DNA of 57,015 nt, the filler included, from Sluysia triapertura (lineage: Eukaryota), in the NCBI GenBank assembly GCA_046118255.1. It is 4 parts of 4 records of this genome, joined end to end, with 100 filler letters (N's around TTAATTAATTAA, not from the genome) between each part and the next. Parts side by side here need not be neighbours in the genome. Positions count along the whole stretch, not along the records: positions 39,248 to 57,015 come from JBJNIA010185279.1; 3 more parts are not named here. The stretch is one strand, 5' to 3'. Position 1 is the stretch's first letter. Every line of letters starts with the position of its first letter. The notes beneath the pieces are model-generated. The model searched no databases, was not told the DNA's origin, and saw nothing but the letters and a program-made list of their open reading frames with translations. Both the position numbers and the translations under genes were made by a program. Below, one piece after another: positions 42,765 through 53,160 of this stretch.

Positions 42765-45495
42765 TAATATCTTTATCCTGACACTTTTCACATATGTTAG
42801 TTATGTACTAATTAATTTCAAAGTTACGTGATAAATACTTTACATGCTTATAAGGATACACTGTTTTCTTGCAATCTTTTATAATTTTTAATGACCATTT
42901 TTATTTATTTATAATGTAGCCTTGGATAAATTATATTAAAAATAATATACTGGAATAAATAATTTATTTTGTTAAATTATGTTCCTTTTGATATTAATGC
43001 TTGTACATTATGGTAATGTATTGTTATTGTAAACCTTGTTATTGTTTTAAAATTGTTAAGTTTTACAGGCCTTAAGCCTGGTTTGTTAAAGGTTTCGAAA
43101 TTAAAGTTAAATTGTTTTTTTAGTTAATTAATTTATTTATTTGTTTTCTTGCAATATTTTATAATTTTTAATGACAATTTTTATTTATTTATAATGTAGC
43201 CTTGGATAAATTACATTAAAAATAATATACTGCAATCAATAATTTATTTTGTTAAATTATTGACTTAAACGACTATTTTTGCCAATTATTATTGAAGTTA
43301 AGGCATTTTGCACAAGTAATCTTAATAGTTATAATTATAATTAATAATTATAAATCTTAAAAAATATAAATCGCTTTTCTAGTAAAATTGGATTGGGGTG
43401 TTGTTTTTAAATTTTACGTGTTTCATACTCCTTAGATTTATAAAAATATGATAAAGAAACTATAATAAGAATTTAGACAAGTAAAATTTATTTAAAATTC
43501 AAAACCAAAAAGTAAAAAATGAAATACAATAAAATTAAGTAGGAAAATTATGACAAATTAAGTTAAAGCAATTATTAAGTATAAGTACACATTTATCTAC
43601 TTGGATGGGCGCGAATTGTTTAAATAAAAAATTATAACATAAAATCTATATTTATTATTATTTGAATATAGTAAATGAAAATAGATTTATATCCCATTTT
43701 TATGTAAATATAAAAAGTCAAGATAATTAACTATTAATTGCCTCGACAATAATAAAATAATTGTTGTAATTTAAGACAATTATAATAAAAATTTAGACTA
43801 GTTAAATTTATCTAAATTATAAATTTTATTTCAACTAAATTAAACAATAATTAAAATATAATTGTAAATAATAAATAAAGCTTATATTATAATAACTCAT
43901 GCGAAGTGACTCTTCATAATGCCATAATTATTATCACAGGAACACAATTTTGTTTATTCATGCATTCATAAAGTATTGATTGCATATAGCATTCTTCCAT
44001 CTATACAGTATATGTTTTGACATTAACATAGTTTTTCTGTCAGATCCAGTTTATTACAGCAAAAAGTACATAATTTCTTTGCTAAATTATTTTTTTATTT
44101 TTAAGTGATAAGTAATAATAATTATACCGTTATTTTAGTATAATATTCTGTTATTTACCAAACGCATGCAGTCACCTTTTTAATCACTTTACAGGGCGAC
44201 AAATCACTGTAAAATTTTTGTAGTCTTTACTTTAGTATAACTTGTATTTTTTAAATAAAAATTAATATGAAATTTTTATATTAAAATAAAAATTTTTCAG
44301 TCAATTCTTTTGATTTATATAATTTGACACATGACCAAGTATTGGATAAGTATTTTCTCTGTTAGACTGCAAAATTGAATCTTTAAATTATAGCTTATAT
44401 TCATTTTATATTTATATTTTATTCATTGAAGACAATACGCTTTTTCTATCTCTTTATTTCATATCTTACTTGAAAGAATCTAGCTTCATGTTATTCATAT
44501 GGTGGTTCAGCCTTTTTATTTAAAATTTATGCTTAAACAAATCAACAAACATCACTCATTACATCAGTACAAACACAAACCAATTTCACAACCCTTTGAA
44601 ACAGCCAAGTACTTTATCATGTAAAATCCTTAAACTTTAAGATAACACCTGACACAATTTTGATTGTAAAGTTCAAAAGAAGCGAGAATTATACGGTTTA
44701 GTTTATGATTTGTATTCAGTACATACATCTTCCATAAGATTGTGCATCTTGAAAAATCATTTTTATGTCCGTCATGGTTCAAACATCCCAATTCCAAAAT
44801 TATAACCTAAGCTGCATAAACTAACTGGTGAAAAGCTGAAAGTAAAGCGGGTTACTCGTGATCACATCTGATGTTTATGTTGCATTTTAGTAACCGTGAA
44901 CGAGAAATAACCATAAACTTAAATTTTGTGATGAAACTTGTCTAGCTCTAATCGAATCTACGTGCACCAGTGTCGCAAAAGTTGATACAAATGCTTCTGA
45001 ACATCTGTTTACATAATAAATCTTGATGTACAACGAGATTGAGTATGTTTTCTTTATTCTTATATGTAATAAATCGATGTTATTGTATAAACATCTAACG
45101 TCTCGTTTTTGGGTAGTTTGTCCATGAAATAAAAATAAATAATATTTAATTTTAATAATGATTTTTGTCTCAATAATTGTATAAGTTTTCATAATGAATT
45201 ATTAAATAAACTTATATGTTGTATAGAACTGAGTTTATGTAACGTTATTTTTATAAAAATTAACAATAAGGTCATCAATGTATTATACAAGATTAATACC
45301 AAATTTAATACCAAAATTTATTTATTTTTATCATAAAATTATTAAAATGACAAATAACGACATGATACAGTCAAACATCATAACTCATACAAAATATTTT
45401 TCATTATCATGAATATAATAGCACACAAACATAATCTCATTCAACCACCTCACACAACCGAAACAATAATATTTTTACGAATGATCGTATTACTT

Positions 45496-45561
45496 TTTTA
45501 GACTTCGTAAATTGGACTGACCGGGAATCGAACCTAGGACCTCTCGCTGCGTAATTCAATG
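45496..45561 (-). mobile_element. 3' half fragment of the tRNA-bearing LTR
   Basis: Reverse complement ..CGCAGCGAGAGGTCCTAGGTTCGATTCCCGGTCAGTCCAATTTACGAAGTCTAA matches the LTR 3' half. Confidence 0.8.
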
Positions 45562-46397
45562 AATTTGAATTTAATGCATTTATTTCAACACGAATAAGGA
45601 TTGTTATAAGAAAATGTTCATAAAAATGCTGCACAAAAGTTTATGCATAATGTGAGTCAACACAAACAAATAAGGGCAAATTAAAATAAAACAACGAATT
45701 ATGAAAAAACTTGAATTAATTAAATTATAAAAGATAGTATAAATAAAGATAAAATTAATCACCCAGAGTAGGGAATATGAAAGCCGGCAAATGTGTAAAA
45801 CAATTTAGAAAAAACACGGTTGCAAAAATTTTTTACAATTCACGGGTTAAAAACATCCAAGAAGTGAAAATGAAAATAAAAAGTATTAATAATTACAAAT
45901 TTGGAAAAGGTGCCTACGGTAAAAGAAAGCTAGCATATAGCGTAGAATAAGATAAAGGAAAATCCCCAGGTGAATAGTATAAAGAGAATAAGGAGTTAGG
46001 AATGCCCGGATAAAAGTACAAGAATTGAGAAATTAGGAGTGCACAAAAAAGGTTTCTACACAATATATACATTTTACAATTATTTACAAAAGAAGGTAAA
46101 AGGAAGGAAAGTCTACAAATAGAACGTCCCCAGAAAGTTAAAGTGTTTACAAAAGAGAGGAATTGCGTGCATAAAAAAGAAGAGAATGGTCCTTATAAAT
46201 GTTAAAGGATGACTCCAATGACAGCTTGATACACTAGCGCGCTAACTCAGTGATATCAGCTTTGCGGAAACTTAACTTTTTATGAGAATGTCATTTTCGG
46301 GATCCCATGAACCAACTACAAAATGTCAAGGTATTGGGATATAGTTCTGAGATGCCACTTAGTATGGTTGACTATTCTAACCTAAACATTGTTAGAA

Positions 46398-46469
46398 GGG
46401 CTGACAGCTCAGTGCAACAGCATTCGAACTGCGCAGCGAAGGTCCCGGGTTCGATCACTAATCAGTCCA
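46398..46469 (+). ncRNA. tRNA-derived (Ala-like) cassette in the 5' LTR; not a canonical tRNA
   Basis: GGGCTGA/TCAGTCC acceptor stem, degenerate A box, GGTTCGATC B box and TTTT downstream; anticodon arm is non-canonical. Confidence 0.7.
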
Positions 46470-46600
46470 TTTTACAAAGTTTAACATTTGGTGAGCCCAC
46501 ATATCGAATACCCTTCTGATGATGTATATGATGTTTGAAGACAAACATAATTGAATTGGGTGAGATATGTTGACTATTCTAACCTAAAACTTGTTAGACG

Positions 46601-46673
46601 AGGCTGATATCTCAGTGGTAGAGCAATCGAACTGCGCAGATAGAGGTCCCGGGTTCGATCCCCGGTCAGTCCA
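46601..46673 (+). ncRNA. tRNA-derived cassette in the 3' LTR
   Basis: CTCAGTGGTAGAG D-arm, CCGGG-TTCGATC-CCCGG T-arm, TCAGTCCA followed by a T-run. Confidence 0.75.
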
Positions 46674-48439
46674 TTTTATGAAGTCTAACAAAGGGAAACC
46701 TAGCATTTAAGTTCCGATTGGAGTTTCTCCCGACGACCAGAGTACTTAGCAATATTAAGTGACCTGGGCGCCATAAATTTGTCACAATCGATAGGTGACT
46801 TGACATCAATGAGAAAGAGTTGGGTCGAATTGGTACCCTGTACATGAATGTCGGGTTTTCGGTAATCATCAGTAAGAGGGTTTTGTGTGTCTTACTTAAC
46901 TGAAAAGCCCTTTGTATAAGTTTACTAGAAAGGCATTACAGTATCTTATTATGACCCACTGCACAGACATAAGACAATCGTTTCACATTCAAACCCGCAC
47001 CAACGACAAGTGACAGGAAGATTAAGCCTAATATTTTGTGGGCAGAAATGTTTTTTGATTGTTTAGTTGTAGGGAAAATGGACGACCAGATAAGGAACTT
47101 TTCATAAAGAAGTCCACAAAACGACCCTAGATTTTGTGGGATTTCCAAGTGCTACTATTAGAAATATTAATCAGTTCATGAAGATATTTCACTACTTTCA
47201 CTTCATCAAAACGATTTAATATGATCTCAAAGTCACCAAGGATGTCGCAAGTAATACAGAGTTTAATATGGTCCTCATAATGAAGGAAGGAGATAGAAAT
47301 TCGATATTTATATTGCAGATTGAGGACAGACCGCCGAATTTTGATCCACCAAGTTTGGATTCAACCATAACAGAGCATTAAATAGATTTTCGACTTTACT
47401 CAGTCTATTAGTGGCAACTCGGACAATTTCATGGGAGGAAATAGCCTATGTAACAAGTCAAAAAACTGGTACGAATAAGGTCGGTACGACTATTGAAAAG
47501 TCTAAAAGCGCAGCCTATGTTCTGGCGTATATAGTCGTCGTAGAAAGAAGTCAAGTCTAATCCCCCGTGATTTTTGTTAAGAGGGAAATTCTTTAAACCT
47601 AAGAAGCCCTTGAAGAGATGGTTGACCTTTTCATCATACCAGACTGATTGGGGAATGTTCTAGGATTGTCTGGTATAAGAACTGCAAAGGGTTTGAGTGT
47701 TTATATTAAGATTGCGCATAAGGAATTTTAAGCGCGAATGGATAAAATTACGAAATTTGTTCCGACAACGTAAAGTGGAATCTTTCACTTTCTCGGTCAG
47801 CGCTAAGTTTTCCTCATGGAGATCAGTCAGGTTGCGCTTTTTTACTTCACCAAACAAAAATAGTATTGATAATACTCAAAGTAGATTATCAAATTATTCA
47901 ATTCTAACTTCTAACAATCAAAATTACAATGTTCAAATCGATCAACCTAAGGAGTTGAAAACTACAAAGCAATCACAAAGAAGAAATTCAGCATTTTATC
48001 AACCATACCAAACCTTACACGATACTTCAATCAATCTTTAAACTAACAAAACATATACTGCAACACAAATAACAAACCCTCATGAAATTCAAACCAGGTA
48101 CAAATAAATAAGTTTTAATCATGAAAATTTTGCAGAATGACACGATTACAATGCGGGCTAGAAACCTAACGTGCAAAAGTTATAATATTAAAAGTCATAA
48201 TATTACCCAACTAAACACTCAAACGTATGGTTTACTTTTAAGTCTCAACCATTACGCTATAATTTAAAATTCAGCAACTATAGCATATTTCAAGGGCCTG
48301 TAATCTTAATAAATCATCAACTACCTGATGGGACAGATGATAATCCGGAATATCCACCTCAATCAACTTCAGAACCACTTACTGACGTCAATATGACGTC
48401 TTCGTCACAATTCTTTTTGTACAATTCAGTTTCTTCAAA

Positions 48440-48615
48440 TACATGGTTTTATGATCGTCAAAGTCATGTTCGAAACAAATTCAATTAAACACCAAAATGC
48501 GAAATTCAGTCATGTTTTAGCTACTTCCAAGCAAATTAAGCTCTAAAATCCAGGTGTGCTTTGCTTCAAAGACACAGCATACGACATCAAACAGACAGTC
48601 ATTCAACAATACCGT
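48440..48615 (+). pseudogene. Ty3/gypsy CsRN1-like gag N-terminal remnant
   Basis: WF/IVKVMFETNSIKHQNAKFSHVLA/LPSKLSSKIQ...AYDIKQTVIQQY matches WF...E..F....I.....KF.HV...LP.......Y..LK..LI. Confidence 0.6.
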
Positions 48616-50595
48616 CCCATTGAGGCTCCTTATCGCCCTCATGCGGTATCTTAAGTAAATCTATTTTCGCGAATTATATTCTATTATTAAATACAATATT
48701 ATTACAATTATTAAAACAAAATTTGAGAAAATAAATTATTTTTATTTTCTGTTTTGTTTTGATTTATTTAATTTATTTTAAAAATTTATTTTATTAATTT
48801 TACATATCTTACATTATACTTTTGACTAATGAAGCTTTTTCAATAATGTCATTATTTATAAGTAGATGAAAGTATTTTTCATAAAAGATAAAATAAACAA
48901 TAAGTTAATTGAAAAAGAAAATATTCTCATAAAATATTATGTTTATAAATATGCATGATATACCAAAATTATAAATTGTAAATTTAATAATATCGATAAT
49001 GGATATAACTAGTTTATTGATATAAGATTTTCCGAAACTCAGAAATTTCTACTGAAAATATATAACATTAAAATGATATCTACGTAATTTATAAAAAATT
49101 AAATTAATTTGGGTTGATTATAAAATCTGAATAAGAAATTGCTTTTTTAATTTTTTTGGTTGGTTGAGATTTATAATTTAAATTATGTAATAATTTATAT
49201 AATAAAATAATCACAATTTTACAATTCTCGAGAATATAGTACATGAATTATTTATATATTTTAAATTAGTAATTAAGATTACAAACTGTATACTTAAATT
49301 CAAAAAATTAAATTAAACAATATGTAAAAATTATTTTTTATTATATTTTTAGTTATTTTCTTTTATAAGTAGTTAATTTTTAAATTAATTATTTTGCATT
49401 TGAGCTAATAATAATTTGTAATTGTATATTATATATAGTAGTTATATAAATGTTATATTATTTTAATTGAACATGTTAAGACAATATCCAATTCAATATC
49501 TTTACAAAATCCATCGAAAGCTGACTCAAATTAATTGCTTGAAAATCCCGAAATGATCTTTTATGAGTTATTTATATCAATTTTTGTATGTGCAGGTTAA
49601 ATGCACGGTTTAAGTATAATGTAAAGTTATCAATTGCAAAAATATCAGAATAATTGCTACGAAGTCGGAAATTCGACTTAATTAATATGAATTTCGGTTT
49701 TATGTCGACTAATATAGTAATAAAAATTTAACAGTAACTTACGTTTTGCTATTATTCAGCAATTATCTAAAAATAATGAGTTTTGTGACAAACTAACTCT
49801 TACCCCTTCAGAATAATAAAATCAATTTTATAACACATTAATTATATCAATGCTTAATGATGCAATAATACATGAACTTAAATAAAAATATAAATCTAAA
49901 CACAAAAATTATTTCCAAATAATAACTTCTGTTACAATGGGTATGTCATGTCAATTTCAATAAAATGTTTAAAATGATTTCTTAATGAACATTAATGAAG
50001 GTATGATTACTATAACATACAGAAATTTATAAATATGAAAATTAAATAAAATTAATTTTTTTAGGTCGACTTGTTCCGTATTTTTCGGTCTTCGCAACAA
50101 TTAATACACAAAATTATTTAGCAAAAATGACTTAAATAATTTTAATTGCATTAATTAGTAAATGTACTTAAATTTTTTTCGTAAAAACGTAAAACTTTAG
50201 AAATTCTTGGATCCTTCACTTTACAAATTACGATAATCTTATATATATACCTCATACGTTAACCACCCCAACATTATAAATATCATTTTCATACACGATA
50301 ATATATTTATTAATATTATTATATGAATACAATTATAATATGTAAATTAGTAATAAAGAAACTGATAGAGGTATTGCTTACTTAAAAAATAACTTACGAT
50401 TATAAATGAAAAATAATTCACTTTATAAACGAATAAAGTTTCATTATGACTGCATTAATGACGAGTGAATTTTTCATTAACGTTCGCTAACAACAGTTTT
50501 TGCCATGATGAATTAATTTTGTTTCTATATAGTTTTTTTTTCTTATTATAATTAAGAATAAAAAAGTCTAACTTAAGCTATTTAAAAACTTGTAT

Positions 50596-51005
50596 TAGAC
50601 TTGTATTGGCTAGCTTAATTTAAAGTTAAATTATTTATAAACTTAAAATCATATTTTCTTAAATACATTTTAATTGAATATTATTATATTTTTTTGTCAT
50701 TCTCCCTTGAATTAATATAATTTTGTTATTTCAACAATCTTTTAATTTACTCTAAAAGCGTAATATAAATTTAAATTCAATTAATTTTTAAAACTGGACC
50801 ATAAATGCTAGCTCAACACAATGGCTAGTTCAATCTTCATAATAAAATTAATGAAATTAAGATTGAGAGCTATATCATGCAGTAAGATTACCGAATTAGC
50901 ATAAGTTATCGTTAACGTAAAGTCACGCGCATTCGATAAAAATTCTAATAAGATGTCTTCCGAGTTGATATAAATAGTTCTTATTAGGCGGACATAACCT
51001 CCAGA
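50596..51005 (-). repeat. Structured dispersed module, copy C (core 50941-51005 plus hairpins at ~50596, ~50794, ~50820)
   Basis: Core reverse complement TCTGGAGGTTATGTCCGCCTAATAAGAACTATTTATATCAACTCGGAAGACATCTTATTAGA; hairpins such as AAATTAAGCTAGCCAATACAAGTCTA on the minus strand. Confidence 0.75.
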
Positions 51006-51510
51006 TATTTCGTAAGATTAAGTTTTAGCTCTTGCATAGCGACTATAAACATAATTTCTTACGCTTCTTTGTTTTCCTGCAACTAAATAAATAAATAAAT
51101 TGATTTGATTTATGACATTAGTTGGATTAGTTATGTAATGAGTCCCGCAAAGTAGCAATTGCACTGAAAATCACTAAACTCATGTACATAATAAACCCGA
51201 AAATTACGAAATGTTAAACTACACAAACATTCGCATCGACTATGACGATATTTTTCAAAAAAATACACAAATGATAAACGGCTATTTGGCATGGTAAAAT
51301 ACTGTTAAAACATCTGCAGAAAAATTCATTATGATGCTAAATAATTTATCACAAAGGCACGTCATATTTAAAACATTGCACCGGTTAGAGTGCTCAGATA
51401 AATCACAATCTAATTTAAAACATTCGCTATATTGACAATGTTATGGAAATGATTTAAACAGTCAACTTCCATATCAATATTTTTTATCAAAATATACTTA
51501 CAAAATAAAA

Positions 51511-52010
51511 TGAGGGTCAAGTTCACCAAATAAGCACGATTTATCTCTGCGAGGAGGATTAGGCTTTTTACAATTTTGAGTTAGATATTTAATCGTCAAT
51601 TATGTAGTTTCGTGAGTTACTGGTCAAAAGACGTCAGGTAGCTACTTATTGAGTTACTTAAAGTTACGCAATAATATTGAAACTTTACAAATTAAGCTAG
51701 CCGTTATGGTGAAGTCTGTAATACAAATTGAGCTAGCCTTTATAATTCATTGAATTTTATGCTATTTTAAACCTTACAAATTAAGCTAGTCCTTAAGGTC
51801 TAGCTTATAATCAAAGATTTTAAATGAAAATTAAGACTATGTGACACAAGTTCAATTAATCAAATCTCTTATAAGTCCAATTTGTCTTGTACAAATAAAA
51901 TAAAATACAATTATAATAATAGCAAAAATTTAACAATATTTAAGGAATAGAAATCCTTAATATAATCTAATGATATTAAAAAATTAAATTAAGCTAGCCG
52001 TTATGGTCTT
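51511..52010 (+). repeat. Structured dispersed module, copy D (core 51511-51569 plus 4 hairpin units)
   Basis: Core GTTCACCAAATAAGCACGATTTATCTCTGCGAGGAGG-ATTAGG (short deletion); AAATTRAGCTAG units at ~51689, ~51725, ~51778 (TAAGCTAG-T-CCTTAAGG-T-CTAGCTTA) and ~51986. Confidence 0.75.
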
Positions 52011-53004
52011 CACAAAATTCAATGAATTAAAGTAGTAGATTAACTTCTTATAAATGTAAGAAAAACCATCAAAAACAAAATTACTTTGACATGGATTGAA
52101 ATCTTCTTATCTTGATGATTAAAATAACTTCTGGTTGAAATAATGTGTATGGAAAATTTTCATTATGGTTACCATTGTTTATTTAAAGAAAATAAATACT
52201 TTTACTTTATTTAAACAAAAATTATTTAAAATTAATTAATTTTAAATTTTATGATCATCAATTTTAATTTATTTATACAAATTAAATTTTAATGTATTAA
52301 TTTTAATGTTATTTAATTTTACAAATTCAATATTATATTTTTAAATTATAAATTAAATATTATTTAATTTTAGAATATTTAATTACAATATTTAATAATA
52401 TTTATAATATTTATGATAAAAATTACAGTTCATAGTTAAAAAAATTATAAATTATAAATATGCATTTTAATTTTAACTCAAAGATAAACTCAACACAAAT
52501 TTTTGAAAAATTAAAGTATTACTCTTAATGTATTGCTGTTAGTATTGCTGTTGTTTTCTTAATTCCTAATCTACGGCAAAAGTAAAATCGAGCAGGGCCG
52601 GTTACAGTAAAAGACTTATGATGTAAAGTTGGCGTTCCTGTAACTATTATCTGACGATATTAAAATATTTACTTTAAAAATACCTTCGAGTTGCTCACAA
52701 AATTCTACTTTAAATATGTTTAATCAAAAAAACTTCTTAAGAGGGTCTTAAAATATTAACTCTGCGAAGATTTTCAATTAAACTTGCAAAAATATAATTC
52801 TGGAGATGAGTCCACCTAATAGAAACGTCTTATATCTGATCGAAGGCGGGCTATTAGGTTTTTAATATTAATCAGAGTGACTAAGATTGATCGTGCAATT
52901 CTAGTTTAAATTGGTCACGTACAATTAGTAATCTTTCAGTAATTTTGTAAACAGTCACGTAAGCAATACTATTCGTTGTGTAACTGTTAGTTATGTAATC
53001 GTTA

Positions 53005-53160
53005 TGTTGGGGTAAAGAGGCCTAAAGTGCCATTTGGTAAAATTGACTATAATTAAATAAAATATTTAGGTGGGCAGATAGCTCAGTGGTAGAGCAACCG
53101 AACTGCTCAGCGAAGGTCCCGGGTTCGATCCCCGTTCAGTCCATTTTACGAAGTCTAACA
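53005..53160 (+). mobile_element. Solo LTR of the tRNA-bearing TRIM family
   Basis: TGTTGGGG...CTAACA, 156 bp, flanked by GTTA/GTTG (4-bp TSD, one mismatch); aligns end-to-end with 46332-46486. Confidence 0.85.
53072..53143 (+). ncRNA. tRNA-derived cassette in the solo LTR (intact A and B boxes)
   Basis: GGGCAGA-TA-GCTCAGTGGTAGAGC...AGGTCCCGGGTTCGATCCCCGTTCAGTCCA-TTTT; TGC sits at the anticodon position but the anticodon stem does not pair. Confidence 0.75.

Larger units (their letters stand above)
42224..43260 (+). repeat. A-X-B-A'-B' direct duplication
   Basis: A 42224-42311 ~ A' 43032-43121; B 42862-42980 ~ B' 43142-43260; the ~550-bp X is present only in the first copy. Confidence 0.85.
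46332..46690 (+). mobile_element. Non-autonomous miniature LTR retrotransposon (TRIM) with tRNA-like sequence inside both LTRs
   Basis: AAGG TSD at 46328-46331 and 46691-46694; 5' LTR 46332-46486 (TATTGGG...TTAACA); PBS-like TGGTGAGCCCAC at 46489; PPT-like GGGTGAGA at ~46558-46565; 3' LTR 46568-46690 (TGTTG...CTAACA, ~33-bp deletion). Excising it rejoins the host RLE endonuclease remnant. Confidence 0.85.
45700..47857 (-). mobile_element. 5'-truncated, decayed RLE-type non-LTR retrotransposon (NeSL/R2-group-like), interrupted by the TRIM
   Basis: Minus-strand remnants: RT thumb (FIHSRLKFLMR; NHGGLDLTSFYDDY..IGCAFRLFNS), zinc knuckle CRWCGFECET...GHNKIL, endonuclease RKPDI...LIDV...AKY, and VVGS/WDPENDIL...SSFNIYKDH ending ~46147. 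The 3' UTR boundary is approximate. Confidence 0.85.

Noticed and set aside
46511-46560. Hammerhead ribozyme in the TRIM internal region (CTGATGA plus hairpin ATGTTTG-aaga-CAAACAT)
   Set aside because: No GAAA core, stem III or NUH site in the required order
46307-48041. ORF-track ORFs 46307-46519, 46666-46869, 46936-47148 and 47697-48041 as independent genes
   Set aside because: They are shadow or off-frame readings of the TRIM and the frameshifted RLE retrotransposon
51687-52010. CRISPR-like array
   Set aside because: Spacing is irregular (~35-210 nt), repeats are degenerate, there are no cas genes and the context is eukaryotic
52799-52860. Hammerhead or twister identity for the module core (GATGAGTCC...GAAAC; CCGCCTAA)
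   Set aside because: These words are not conserved among the five copies and the catalytic-core nucleotides are missing
53072-53143. Genuine tRNA-Ala(TGC) gene or tRNA-derived SINE
   Set aside because: The anticodon stem does not pair, and homology extends ~65 bp upstream to a TG terminus with 4-bp TSDs, so it is part of an LTR
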